Assembly (NCBI GenBank): GCA_965237955.1
Contig: OZ250169.1
Coordinates: 3,776,001 to 3,840,000, forward strand
Source of the DNA: Candidatus Marinacidobacterales bacterium
Lineage (GTDB): Bacteria > Acidobacteriota > Vicinamibacteria > Marinacidobacterales > SMYC01
Reading direction: 5' to 3'
DNA length: 64,000 nt
The notes under the pieces are model-generated. The model saw only the letters and a list, made by a program, of their open reading frames with translations, was not told where the DNA came from and made no database searches. Shown here one piece after another: positions 11,205 to 21,890 of the stretch. Made by a program: the position numbers and the translations under genes. Position 1 is the first letter of the stretch, and each line of letters begins with the position of its first letter.

Positions 11205-12392
11205 GCACTCGCGAAACGTTCATAGCGGTAGTGCTTCAAGAGCTCCACGTCGACCCGGTCGAGGATCTCGATGGAGGCGAGCCGCCCCACCACGGGACAA
11301 AGCGTCACCCCGCTGTGCATGACCGCGAGATACAACTCCGGAGCTCCCTCGGGAAAGCCAAGAATCGGGTGGCCGTCTTTCGGGAGCGGCCGAAAGCCGA
11401 GCGTCACCCGCTCGAGCTCCAGCTTCTCGAGCGCGGGTAGATACGTCTTCCCCGACGCAAGAATCTTCTCCCCTTCTTCATCCGAAGCCTCTTTCACCGG
11501 CGTGGCACCGAATCCCATCCCCGCCACGAGCCGCCCATCGAGTTTCTGTTTCATATGCGCGCCCGGCGAGAGCACCACACGTTCGATCAGACGCTCGGAC
11601 GGCTTTGTGTGCGCGAGCACACCGCGCGACCCGATGAGCGGTACGTTGAGCCCCGCCATCGCCGCAAGCTTGGGCGTATCGACGCCGGCGGCAACGACGA
11701 GCACGTCGAGCTCGAAGTCTCCCTTGGTCGTCTTCACCCCGCGTAGCCGTCCCCACCGCAGATCGATCTCACGGACCCCGCACGGATACTCGACCCGAGC
11801 GCCCTCAGCCTTCGCGTGCTCGATCAGGACTTCCGTCGTTCGAACCGGATCGATGCTCCCTTCTTCTTCGCTGAAGTACGCCGCCGACACCGGACCCGGC
11901 ACGACGTTCTTCTCGAGCTTCTAAAATTCCTCCTCGTCAATGAGCCGCGCCGGATAGCCCCAGCGTTGGCTCTGCGCCACCCGCTCGCGTATCCCCCCCC
12001 CGCGCCCGGCCCGGATCCGCCGTCCAATCGAGGCTCCCGCCCCACTGGACTTTCAAATCGCCCCCGAGCTCTCGCTCCAAGTGCCGATACCCAAGCCCAC
12101 CCAGCCGGCTCAGGTGATGGTAATGAAACGGCCTCTTCCAAGAGGACGCGTTAATCCAGGCAAACGAGTTTTGGGTTGCCCCGGCCGCGGGCTTCGACTT
12201 CTCGAACAGAGTCACGTCCGCCCCACGCCGGGCCAGGTGATACGCGATGGAGCCTCCCAGGATTCCGCCACCAATTATGCCGATGCGCTGCGGCGCCCGA
12301 GTGGCAAGGACCTGCCTTGCACCTGGCAGTGCGGCGACCGCAAGCCCTGAGAACAAACGAAAGAAGCGCCTTCGGTCCAAATCCATTGCCAT
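11201..12392 (-). pseudogene. Tat-exported FAD-dependent oxidoreductase (DAO family), broken
   Basis: RRRFF Tat motif, GGGILG, GATQNSFAWIN, GFRPLPKDG, HSGVTL; frameshift at the C-run near 11993-12001 and in-frame TAG at 11921-11923. Confidence 0.8.
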
Positions 12393-12550
12393 CACAGGAC
12401 TCCCTCGGAGTAGGCTCGGAGTAGGCTTCATACCACGCACACGTGCGGCGACGCCATCATGGAAAAATGGCTTAGAGATGGAGGACGGCCTTTACCAGGC
12501 TGTCCCTCCGCCGTTACCGGCGGAGGGGACCCGAATGCAGCGTGGCGTTC

Positions 12551-13057
12551 TTACCCTTCTTCGACGGTAATGGTAATGGTCTGGCAGAGGCCGGGTTCCT
12601 CCGTCGTCACGTGCTCGCCGTCGCCAATCTGAATCGTCAGCGTCTGCTCACCGGCAGGCAGCTGCATCTCGATCGTTGCCGAGCCATCACCGAAATGGAC
12701 CCACGGATCCGCTTCCGGAATGGCCTCGCCCGGCGGAAGGCAGTCGGTGTTGATGGCGATGTGATGGTGTCCGGCGCCTGCGTGAACGTCACCCTTGGGC
12801 TCGATCGTGTAATTTTCATGGCCGAACGTGAACGTCACCGGTGACGTCACCGTAGCGCCGTCGGACGGCTCGATGAAGAACACTCGCGGGGCGTCCGAGC
12901 TTTCCTCCTCGGCGGCGGCTTCCTCAATGGTTTCGGGCTCAGCGGCTTCCTCTCCCGAGTCGCCGCCTCCGCCACACGCGATGGCTAGCGCAAGCACCAT
13001 CAGGAAAAACAGAACTGCGATAAAGCCCCTTGGATTTTCGGTGCGGGCGTATTTCAT
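12551..13057 (-). CDS. DUF4399 domain lipoprotein
   Basis: Lipobox LAIAC; RVFFIEPSDGATV, GHHH, HFGDG, IGDGEH. Confidence 0.85.
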   Translation of the reverse strand: MKYARTENPRGFIAVLFFLMVLALAIACGGGGDSGEEAAEPETIEEAAAEEESSDAPRVFFIEPSDGATVTSPVTFTFGHENYTIEPKGDVHAGAGHHHIAINTDCLPPGEAIPEADPWVHFGDGSATIEMQLPAGEQTLTIQIGDGEHVTTEEPGLCQTITITVEEG

Positions 13058-13290
13058 TTCGGAATCTCCTCGTCGTCTGATGATTCAGTGTGGTTCCGCA
13101 AACTCGGGCTCGACCGCGTCAACACTTTTGACAAGAACCTCAGACCAATAATGACTGGTCCTTTTCGTGCACGCGGTGCCCTCCGTGCGGTTTGCAACAA
13201 GCGTGTGATGCTAGAGCAAAGCCGACGAGGATGCAAACCGGGCCTCGCGGGGTAGAATGCCGGGCACCGGGAACGGAAGGAGACGATCTC

Positions 13291-13689
13291 ATGAGAATTG
13301 CCGACTGTTTGATGGCCATACTCGCACTGAGCCTGCCCCTCGGCGCATGCTCAGAGGGGAGCGAGTCGGAGGCACCGCAGCTCGAAGGTGCGGAAATGGC
13401 CGCGGCTCTGGCGGATGAAGGCATTTTCCTCCTCGACGTGCGCGCGCCCAGTGAGCTCGAAGAGCTCGGCACCGTCGAAGGGTATGTGAACATCCCGATC
13501 GACCAGCTCGCCGATCGCCTCGACGAGCTTCCTCGAGACAAACCCATCCTCACCGCTTGAAACCGCGGTGGACGAGCCGCGGGTGCCGCGGCGTTGCTGC
13601 AAGAGAACGGTTTCGAGGTCGTTGGTTTTTGCGGACTGGGTAACTACGAGGGACAAAAGGTTTATCCGAAAGCCGCGTCGGAGTCCTGA
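13291..13689 (+). CDS. rhodanese-domain lipoprotein, probable selenoprotein (UGA at the catalytic position)
   Basis: Lipobox LGAC; LLDVR.PSE, NIPIDQL, PILTA-UGA(13558-60)-NRGGRAAGAAALLQENGF continues in frame to TGA 13689; SECIS-like hairpin downstream. Confidence 0.8.
13571..13595 (+). promoter_or_regulatory. putative bacterial SECIS hairpin
   Basis: Stem GCCGCGG/CCGCGGC (13576-82/13586-92) with GTG loop 23-25 nt after the UGA; extendable lower stem. Confidence 0.6.
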
Positions 13690-13726
13690 GCACAACGAAC
13701 AAAAGGGTGTCACCTGTATTTGAGTA

Positions 13727-13783
13727 TTGACAGGCTCAGCCGGGTAGCGCTATCATTCCAATAATGAAATTGAATTTCATTAT
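13727..13783 (+). promoter_or_regulatory. feoAB promoter with Fur box
   Basis: TTGACA at 13727, TATCAT at 13751; perfect inverted repeat ATAATGAAATT-G-AATTTCATTAT at 13761-13783. Confidence 0.85.
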
Positions 13784-13798
13784 CGGAGCCCGGAAGCG

Positions 13799-14065
13799 TT
13801 GAGCGAAGAAGCGGTGAAAAAGCCGCTATCCTTGGCGGCGCAGTCCCCCGGATTTCGCGGCCGTATTCTCCCGCACGTCGAAGGCGAGGTCTCATGGCGA
13901 CTTCGCGAGCTCGGGTTCGTTCCCGGCACCACGGTCTCGGTCCTGCGCCGAGGCCCGCTCGGCGATCCGCTCCAGCTCGAGCTCCGCGGCTACCGCATCT
14001 GCCTTCGCAAGAACGACTTGGCTCCCATCCACGTCGAGCCTCTCGCCGAGCTCAGCAGGGCCTGA
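13799..14065 (+). CDS. feoA: ferrous iron transport protein A
   Basis: RLRELGFVPG..V.VLRRGPLGDP..LELRGYRICLR; upstream of feoB. Confidence 0.92.
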   Translation: MSEEAVKKPLSLAAQSPGFRGRILPHVEGEVSWRLRELGFVPGTTVSVLRRGPLGDPLQLELRGYRICLRKNDLAPIHVEPLAELSRA

Positions 14066-14072
14066 GCCCAAC

Positions 14073-15977
14073 ATGAGCACGGCCGCGGTGTCCGAATCGC
14101 CGCTTTTGGTCGCGCTCCTCGGTGCCCCGAACTCAGGGAAAACGACGATCTTCAACGCGCTGACTGGTGCTCGCGCGAAAGTCGGTAACTACCCGGGCGT
14201 CACCGTAGAGCGCCGCGAGGGCGTGATCCGGAAGAGCTCTCGTTCGGTGCGCGTGCTCGATTTACCCGGGAGCTACAGCCTGCGCGGCGAAACCCCCGAC
14301 GAGCAAGTCGTCGAGCAAGTGCTCGCGGGCGAGCTCGACGCCAAGCCCGACGCACTCCTGATCGTCGTCGACGCGACCACGCTCCAGCGAAGTCTCGCGA
14401 TGGTCGTGGAAGCGCTCGAAGCGCACTCAGGGCTCCAGTGTGCTCTCGTCGTCACCATGATCGACGAGATGCGCGCGCGCGGCGGCAAGATCGATTTCGC
14501 TAAGCTCAGCAAAACACTAGGGACCCCGGTCTTTCCCGTCGTCGGTCACCGCGGTGTCGGGATGGATGCGCTCCTCCGTGCGCTCGAAGCGCCCGAGCAG
14601 TGGTCGCGCCCGAAGACGTTCCCGAAAACAGAAGCACCCGAGGAGCGGTTCGAGTGGGTGGACGAGGTGTGCCGGAACATCGGTGCGACGAAAATCGAGC
14701 CGGATACACGGAGCGACAAAATCGACCGGTGGCTCTTGCATCCGTTGATGGGTGGGCTCGCGTTCGCCGCGGTGATGATTTTCGTCTTCCAGAGCATCTT
14801 CACCTGGGCGGTTCCGGCGATGGACGGGATCGAAGGTTTTTTCGGCGAGCTCGGACGGCTGTCGCGAACGGTACTCCCCGCAGGGCTTTTCGCCGATCTC
14901 TGGGCAGACGGCATCGTTGCCGGAGTCGGCTCGGTACTCGTGTTTCTGCCGCAGATCATCATCCTGTTCACGCTGATCCATTTGCTGGAGGACGTGGGCT
15001 ATATGGCGCGCGCGGCGTTCGTGGTCGACCGCATCATGGGCTGGGTCGGCCTTCAGGGCCGCTCGTTCGTGGTGCTTCTCTCGTGTTCCGCGTGCGCGGT
15101 GCCCGGCATCATGGCTGCCCGCACTATCCCGTCCCCCCGGGACCGTCTCGCGACCATCCTCGTTTCGCCGTTCATGACGTGCTCGGCGCGACTCCCGGTG
15201 TACACACTCCTGATCGCTGCGTTCATTCCAGCCCAAACCATTGCTGGTTTCTTCGGCATTCAAGGTCTGGTGATGTTCGCGCTCTATCTAGCCGGAGCCT
15301 TTACCGCCCTCGCTTCGGCCGCGCTCCTCAAGGCGACCGTGGTGCGCGGCAACATCGCCACCTTCTACATGGAGCTTCCTCCTTACCGCTTCCCGACGCT
15401 GAAGCTTCTCGCGACTCAGGTGTGGCACAGCACCCGCCATTTTCTCAAACGCGCGGGCACGATCATCTTCGCCGCTTCCGTCGTCGTCTGGGCGCTCCTC
15501 AACTTCCCACGCGCCGATGCGCCAACCGGTATGTCACCCGAAGCCCAGGCACAGCAACAGCTCGAGGTGAGCGCGGGCGGGCACATCGGTCGCGCCCTCG
15601 AGCCGGCCATCGAACCGCTCGGGTTCGATTGGAAGATCGGAGTAGGCCTCGTCGCGAGCCTCGCGGCGCGGGAAGTCATCGTGGCCACGCTCGCCCAGAT
15701 CTACGCCGTCGGGGATCCAGACGATTTCGATGGGCTTCGGGGAGCGCTCCGGAGCGACATCAACCCGAACACCGGACAACCGGTCTTCAATATCGCCGTC
15801 GCGCTGTCACTCCTGGTGTTTTTCGTGTTCGCGCTCCAGTGCACTTCCACCATCGTGGTGATGGCGAAGGAGACCGGCTCGTGGAAATGGCCGGCGTTCG
15901 CGTTCAGCTACATGCTGGGTCTCGCCTACGTCGCGAGCTTCATCACCTACCGGGCCGCTTCCGCCTGGCTGCTCTGA
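14073..15977 (+). CDS. feoB: ferrous iron transport protein B
   Basis: GAPNSGKT, VGNYPGVTVE, DLPGSYSL, PFMTCSARLPVY, FYMELPPY. Confidence 0.95.
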   Translation: MSTAAVSESPLLVALLGAPNSGKTTIFNALTGARAKVGNYPGVTVERREGVIRKSSRSVRVLDLPGSYSLRGETPDEQVVEQVLAGELDAKPDALLIVVDATTLQRSLAMVVEALEAHSGLQCALVVTMIDEMRARGGKIDFAKLSKTLGTPVFPVVGHRGVGMDALLRALEAPEQWSRPKTFPKTEAPEERFEWVDEVCRNIGATKIEPDTRSDKIDRWLLHPLMGGLAFAAVMIFVFQSIFTWAVPAMDGIEGFFGELGRLSRTVLPAGLFADLWADGIVAGVGSVLVFLPQIIILFTLIHLLEDVGYMARAAFVVDRIMGWVGLQGRSFVVLLSCSACAVPGIMAARTIPSPRDRLATILVSPFMTCSARLPVYTLLIAAFIPAQTIAGFFGIQGLVMFALYLAGAFTALASAALLKATVVRGNIATFYMELPPYRFPTLKLLATQVWHSTRHFLKRAGTIIFAASVVVWALLNFPRADAPTGMSPEAQAQQQLEVSAGGHIGRALEPAIEPLGFDWKIGVGLVASLAAREVIVATLAQIYAVGDPDDFDGLRGALRSDINPNTGQPVFNIAVALSLLVFFVFALQCTSTIVVMAKETGSWKWPAFAFSYMLGLAYVASFITYRAASAWLL

Positions 15978-16121
15978 CCCCGGTTGCCGGGGGGTTCGGT
16001 TTCATGGTTCAATAGTTACTCCCCCCCGAGTTTGCTGGTCGAAAGAGCACAGCGAGTGTACGAGTCCACCACACAACTCAGCTATCGACGGACACCGCCG
16101 GAGTTCGGCCCAACGGCAACC

Positions 16122-17087
16122 ATGCGTGTCCCCCGCTACGTGCTCGAAAAAGTCCTCGGTTCTGGCTCGATGGGGGTCGTCTACCGAGCGCACGATCGTA
16201 TCCTCGGGCGCACGGTGGCCATCAAGACCATCCGTAAAGAGCTGATTTCAAAGGACTCGGAGTATCGAGCCTATCGAGACCGGTTCTTCCACGAAGCCCA
16301 CATCTTCGGCTCGCTGTCCCATCCGAATATCGTGGCGCTCTACGACGTCGGGGAGACCGACGACGGCTTGCCGTACCTGACGATGGAGTACGTGCCCGAC
16401 GCCTCGCTCGGCGGGCTCGACCGGCGCCTCAGCCTCGATCAGGTCATCTGGCTTCTCGCCCAGCTCGCGAGCGCCATCGACTACGCGCATACCCAGGAGA
16501 TCCTTCACCGCGACATCAAGCCGACGAACATCCTCTTGGGCGAAGGCGAAGAAGCCAAAATCGCCGATTTCGGCGTCGCCAAGATCTTGGGCGCCGAGTT
16601 CACCCGAAGCCAGACACGGTTCGGCACACCCGGATACATGTCCCCGGAGCAGGTGTTGGGTAAGACGTTGACCCGCAGTAGCGACGTTTTTTCCTTGGCG
16701 GTCGTCGCGTTCGAGCTTCTGTCGGGACGGAAGCCGTTTCCGGGGAAAAGTGTTCACTCGGTCTTGTATAAGATCGTGCATGCGGATCCGATTCTGCCCA
16801 CCGGGCTCGAGGCGACCGGGCTTGCGGTCAAGAAATGGAAGGAATTGTTCGCGAGCGCTCTCGCCAAGGAGCCGCAACGACGATACTCGTCGGCGTCCGA
16901 GCTCGTGTCCGAGCTCGTCGAGCTTTGTCCCGGCTCATGGCTCGGTGGCCTGCTCGTGGATGGACTTTCAGCGAAAGCACCCGCATTCGAAGAGCGCGGT
17001 GCACACGACACGCTGACGCTGTACGCGTCGGGACCGCTTTACTCACGGCTCGCTGACCGCACGATTCAGTCAGCGCGGACTGGGTAG
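16122..17087 (+). CDS. Ser/Thr protein kinase (C-terminus possibly truncated)
   Basis: GSGSMGVVY, HRDIKPTN, DFGVAK, GTPGYMSPEQ; 3' end overlaps a truncated convergent gene. Confidence 0.85.
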   Translation: MRVPRYVLEKVLGSGSMGVVYRAHDRILGRTVAIKTIRKELISKDSEYRAYRDRFFHEAHIFGSLSHPNIVALYDVGETDDGLPYLTMEYVPDASLGGLDRRLSLDQVIWLLAQLASAIDYAHTQEILHRDIKPTNILLGEGEEAKIADFGVAKILGAEFTRSQTRFGTPGYMSPEQVLGKTLTRSSDVFSLAVVAFELLSGRKPFPGKSVHSVLYKIVHADPILPTGLEATGLAVKKWKELFASALAKEPQRRYSSASELVSELVELCPGSWLGGLLVDGLSAKAPAFEERGAHDTLTLYASGPLYSRLADRTIQSARTG

Positions 17088-17254
17088 GCATACTTAGGAC
17101 TCAGAATCTCCAATAGACCGGCGGCGGTCATGCCGCCGACGGCGAAAACCTTCGCGCGGTCCAAGAACTGACGACGGCTCACCCCTCCGTGAACGTAGAG
17201 GTCGAACAAGTCGAGAAGCCCCTGATCGAAATCGCTGGCTTTCTTTCGCTTCAT
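17066..17254 (-). pseudogene. N-terminal fragment of a dienelactone hydrolase (YghX-like)
   Basis: MKRKKASDFDQ.LLDLFD.YVHG..SRRQFLDRA...LLE.LSP.YA, then abrupt end. Confidence 0.75.
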
Positions 17255-17272
17255 GATGGCCCTCTTCTCTAC

Positions 17273-18796
17273 CTACCGGCGGTGAGGCGGTGTCCCGTAT
17301 GGATAGTAGTCCTCTAAATTCACATGCTCGTAAGGTAGGGCGTCGAGAAAGGTCGTGCCCACGAACGGCTCTGGAGCTTCGACGACGACGATGGTCTTCG
17401 CGTAGCCGGTTTCGTCGAAGCCTCTTCGGAAGTGAACCCGCGATTTCAGGACGAACACGTCGTAGTCATCGGGATCGATAGAGCCCAAGCGAAACTCGTC
17501 CGGATAGAGGACTTGCTCGTAAGCCGGAGTAATGACGACGAGGTTGCCGTCCCCGAACGATATCGCTGCGACGCGCTCGTAGCCGAACCCCTCGCCGAAA
17601 TAGGTCACCGTTCCTTGGATACGGACGGGTGTTCCCCCTGATGGCGTGAAGCCGCCGATCTCCATGTCGAACGCGTCGCCCTCGGCTATCGCGTCCAGAG
17701 TCTCCGGCGAGGTGATGGTGCCGTACAAGACCTTCCCGATCCCAGCCGCTACGAACGCTTTGAGAATGTGAGTGGCATCTCCCGGTCGGTCACTGTGATC
17801 GCCTACCGCCACGGGCGTCTCACCGGTGGCGATGGCCTCTCGCACGATCCCCGCAGCCTCCTCCGGCTGAGGATAGTTGCCCACGGCAAACTCCCGGACC
17901 CTCCAGATGAATTCGTCCATGTCGTCGGCAATACGATCCGCCAACGCCTGGTCCCCGTTGGTCATGACGTGGACGGTGGCGCCGACATCGGGAACATCGG
18001 ACCAAGGGTAGCCGTAGAAGACGCTCACATAGGCGTCATCCTCGCGCGCCTCCCACCGCCGCGCTCTTTCCATGATGTCCATCGACGGAGACTGGCCCGT
18101 CCACTGCACCACGGTGGGGGTGATCACGCCCGGCTTGCGTGTTGCCGTGGTGGATGTGTACTCACCCGCCGCCGCGAGACGAAGCCCACGCGCCGCTCGC
18201 TCACCTTGGATATACGCGTCGTAGTGCGGGTAGCGTTTGGTCACGAAAGCGAAATCGGCCCAGCGCAAAAACTCGGCGTCTTCGTTTCCATGGAGATCGA
18301 ACGTTCCCGCGATGGGAACGTCGGGGCCAACGACCTCCCTGAATCGTCTCGCGATTTCCGCCTCCGGCCGGGGAACGTCGCGCACGGCCATCGCGCCGTG
18401 AAGGGCTAGATACACGGCGTCGACGGGCATCGCGTCCTTCAGTTCCGCGATCATCTGATCGAGGAAGTGGTCGAACGTGGCCTTCGTGTTCCAGCTACGC
18501 GACGAGCCGCCGAACACCCCACTAGGAGAGGTCAGTGGAACGAGCTCGACGTCTCCGAGTTCGCGCGCGCGCTTGGTGAACCCTCGAATGTAGCTTCCGG
18601 ATGAAAGGAGCTCTTCTCCGCTCAAGGCTTCTGAGTATTTCAGCCAGTCGTCGATCTCGGTATCGCCGCCCGGGCAGAACGTACACGTCTCGTGTGAGAA
18701 TTTAGCGACGGCGATTCTCAATGGATGGGAGGGAACCGTCTCAGTGCATCCCAGCAGCAAAACGGTACCCAGGAGCGTCACAGCAGTCGTACGCAT
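17273..18796 (-). CDS. M81 family metallopeptidase (MlrC-like), lipoprotein
   Basis: HETCTF, LALHGAM, DLHGN, YPHYD, VLKSRVHFRRGF; lipobox LLGC. Confidence 0.88.
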   Translation of the reverse strand: MRTTAVTLLGTVLLLGCTETVPSHPLRIAVAKFSHETCTFCPGGDTEIDDWLKYSEALSGEELLSSGSYIRGFTKRARELGDVELVPLTSPSGVFGGSSRSWNTKATFDHFLDQMIAELKDAMPVDAVYLALHGAMAVRDVPRPEAEIARRFREVVGPDVPIAGTFDLHGNEDAEFLRWADFAFVTKRYPHYDAYIQGERAARGLRLAAAGEYTSTTATRKPGVITPTVVQWTGQSPSMDIMERARRWEAREDDAYVSVFYGYPWSDVPDVGATVHVMTNGDQALADRIADDMDEFIWRVREFAVGNYPQPEEAAGIVREAIATGETPVAVGDHSDRPGDATHILKAFVAAGIGKVLYGTITSPETLDAIAEGDAFDMEIGGFTPSGGTPVRIQGTVTYFGEGFGYERVAAISFGDGNLVVITPAYEQVLYPDEFRLGSIDPDDYDVFVLKSRVHFRRGFDETGYAKTIVVVEAPEPFVGTTFLDALPYEHVNLEDYYPYGTPPHRR

Positions 18797-18809
18797 CGCG
18801 CGAACTATA

Positions 18810-20051
18810 TCAGCCCTTCACGCAAACGATCTGCTTGAGCCGGTAGACGATCTCGACGAGATCGCTCTGCGCTTCCATGACCGCATCAATGTCTTTGTAC
18901 GCGCCCGGCGTTTCGTCGATCACTCCCGCATCCTTGCGACACTCCACGCCCTCGGTGGCTTTGACGTGATCCTCCAGCGTGAACGCCTTCTTCGCCGCGG
19001 TTCGTGACATGACGCGGCCCGCACCGTGGCTGCACGAATCGAAGCTCTCTGGATTGCCCTTGCCACGCACGATGTAGGAACGCGCCCCCATGCTTCCGGG
19101 AATGATTCCGAGATCGCCGACGCCGGCCCGAACGGCCCCCTTGCGTGTCACAAAAACGTCCTCACCGTAGTGGTGTTCGCGCGCGACGTAGTTGTGGTGA
19201 CAGTTCACGACTTCCTCCTGCGCGCGGAACGCCGGCACGAGATTCGTTTGCTTCACCGCTTCGGTGATCGCCTCCATCATCAGCTCGCGGTTCGTCGCCG
19301 CGTACCGCTGTGCCCAGTCCACGGCTTGCCAGTAGTCGCCGAAGTGCTCGCTTCCCTCTTCGAAGTACGCGAGGTCCTTGTCGGGAAGCTTGTGCAGGTG
19401 GCGGTGCATGTCCTTTTGCGCGAGCTGGATGAAGTGCATCCCGGTGCGATTCCCCACACCGCGCGAGCCTGAATGCAGCATGAACCAAACGTCATCGTTC
19501 TCGTCCAGGCAAACTTCGATGAAGTGGTTGCCGGAGCCCAACGTAGCGAGCTGATTCACCGGATGGTTGTTCCGATCGAGCTTAGGGTACTTTGCGAGAA
19601 TTCGTTCATACCCCTCTTGCAGGCCCCGCCATGCCTTGGCGTTACGCTTCGGGGCGTTACCGTATGAGCCTTTGTCCCGGCGCCCACCGTGATGCGAGCG
19701 TCCGTGAGGCACCGCCTCCTCGATCGCCAAGCGGAGCGGCGCAAGGTTGTCCGGTAGATCCGATGCGCTCAGCGTCGTGTGCATGGCCGCCATCCCGCAG
19801 CCGATGTCGACGCCGACGGCGGCCGGGATGATGGCTTTGCGTGTGGGGATGACGCTCCCCACGGTCGCGCCCAATCCCCAGTGCACGTCCGGCATCGCGG
19901 CGAGCCACCGGTGGATGAACGGAAGCTGCGACGTGTTCAGAAGCTGCTCTTTGGCCTTGGGATCCACCGGGACGCCTCGAACCCAGGCCTTGACGGGACG
20001 GCCCTTGGGGTCGCGCTTTCCCCCTTGGATCAGGACGTACCGCTTGCTCAT
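18810..20051 (-). CDS. rtcB: RNA 3'-phosphate/5'-OH ligase RtcB
   Basis: MPDVHWG, GVDIGCG, LGSGNHFIE, HSGSRG, HHNYV, PGSMG, SHGAGR, AYKDI, VCVKG. Confidence 0.96.
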   Translation of the reverse strand: MSKRYVLIQGGKRDPKGRPVKAWVRGVPVDPKAKEQLLNTSQLPFIHRWLAAMPDVHWGLGATVGSVIPTRKAIIPAAVGVDIGCGMAAMHTTLSASDLPDNLAPLRLAIEEAVPHGRSHHGGRRDKGSYGNAPKRNAKAWRGLQEGYERILAKYPKLDRNNHPVNQLATLGSGNHFIEVCLDENDDVWFMLHSGSRGVGNRTGMHFIQLAQKDMHRHLHKLPDKDLAYFEEGSEHFGDYWQAVDWAQRYAATNRELMMEAITEAVKQTNLVPAFRAQEEVVNCHHNYVAREHHYGEDVFVTRKGAVRAGVGDLGIIPGSMGARSYIVRGKGNPESFDSCSHGAGRVMSRTAAKKAFTLEDHVKATEGVECRKDAGVIDETPGAYKDIDAVMEAQSDLVEIVYRLKQIVCVKG

Positions 20052-20096
20052 GGTGGGACTATCTCACACCGAGGTCATCCCATAGAATGCAACGCT

Positions 20097-21890
20097 ATGT
20101 CGCTCTCTCCGGACACGCGGCTCGGGCCCTACAGAATCGTCGAGGCCATCGGTGCGGGCGGTATGGGGGAAGTGTACCGCGCGCGCGACACCAAGCTCGA
20201 CCGGACGGTGGCCCTCAAGATCCTTCCCCCAGAGCTTGCGAAGAGCGAGGAGCGCCGGACGCGTTTCCTCCGTGAGGCGAAAGCTGCATCCGCCATCGAC
20301 CACCCGAATGTCGCGCACATCTACGAGATTGGTGAGGCGGACGGCGTCCATTTCATCGCCATGCAGTACGTGGATGGCGCCAACCTCGCCGCAAGAGTGA
20401 AAGGTGACGCTCTCGCCACCGCCAACATTATTAATATAGGCCTCCAAACCGCGGACGCACTGGATGCCGCCCATGCGAAGGGCATCGTTCATCGGGATAT
20501 CAAACCGGCCAACCTGGTGCTCACCGACCGCGATCAGATCAAAGTTCTCGATTTCGGCCTCGCGAAATACGCGGCCACGGCCGAGGCGTTGAAAGATTCG
20601 GACGCGCCCACCGAAGCGAAGACAGCGGCCGGGATGGTGATGGGGACCGTCCACTACATGAGCCCCGAACAGGGCCTCGGGCGCGATGTGGATGGACGCT
20701 CGGACATTTTTTCTCTCGGTGTCGTCCTCTACGAGCTCACCACGGGCCGACTGCCGTTTTCCGGCGGAAGCCCGACGGAGACGATCGAGCGCATCGCCCA
20801 CGCACAGCCCGACGCGATCGCGCGCTTTAACTACGACGCACCGCCGGAGCTCGAGCGAATCATCCGCCGGTGTCTGGAGAAAGATCCCGAGGACCGCTAT
20901 CAAACGGCGAAGGATCTTTTTATCGAACTGAAGCATCTGAAACGGGACTCCGAGTTGGGAGCGGTCGTTGCGACAGCGCCCCGAGTGGCGCGTCGCATGC
21001 CGTGGCCAGCGCTTTCGATCGGAGCCCTCGTGTTGGTCGCGGCGGCCATCGGCTTGTTTTGGTTCTCGGGCGATTCGGAACGGATCGACTCCCTCGCCGT
21101 GCTCCCTTTCGAGAACGGGAGTGCCGATCCGGACACCGAATACTTCAGCGACGGAGTCACGGAATCGATCATCAGTAGCCTTTCCCAGCTACCGAACGTT
21201 AAAGTGATCTCGCGAAATTCGGCGTTCCGCTACAAGGGCCGGACCATCGATGCGGAAGCCGTGGGCCGGGAGCTCGACGTGGAAGCTCTCGTGTTGGGCC
21301 GCATCGTCCAGCGAGGCGACGAGCTATCCGTCAGTGCCGAGCTCGTACGCACTCATGACAGCGGGCAAATCTGGGGCGAGCAGTATCAGCTAAAGGCCGC
21401 GGACATCTTCACCATCCAGGAGAACATAGCGCGTGAAATCTCGGACGCATTGCGCGTTCAGCTGACGACCGAGCAGCAAGAGCTTCTGACGAAGCAATTC
21501 ACGGCGAGCTCCTCGGCTTACGAAGCGTACCTAAAGGGCCGCTACCACTGGAACCGAAGGACCGAGGAAGGGATCCGCCAAGCCATCGTGCATTTTCAGG
21601 AAGCCATCGAGGAGGACTCCGATTACGCCCTGGCTTATACGGGTTTGGCTGACAGCTTTAGCTTGCTCGGCTTCTACTACGTGTCGCCTCGCGAGGCCTT
21701 TCCCCAAGCGAGAGACGCAGCCGAGCGCGCTCTCGAGCTCGACGACAGCCTTGGCGAGGCCCACGCGTCGCTGGCTTATGTCAAGAACTTCTACGACTGG
21801 GACTTCGCCGGGGCGGAGCGGGATTTCCAAATAGCTATCGAGCTCAACCCCACGTACGCAACGGCGTATCACTGGTACTCCGCCCTCTTA
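20097..21890 (+). pseudogene. Ser/Thr kinase-TM-TolB_N-like-TPR protein, 5' half; interrupted by an ISAzo13-family IS
   Basis: Full kinase motifs, SLAVLPFEN, TPRs up to YHWYSALL, then the IS terminal repeat; 3' half found at 62592-63161 (-). Confidence 0.9.

Noticed and set aside
13060-13290. Possible riboswitch or GntR-type operator in the intergenic region
   Set aside because: Only short partial matches (GCAAA motifs, GACCA..TGGTC); no complete consensus structure
18810-20051. rtcB as part of an Rtc/Ro-Y RNA repair system
   Set aside because: No rtcA, rtcR, TROVE gene or recognisable RNA gene adjacent; stand-alone rtcB is common
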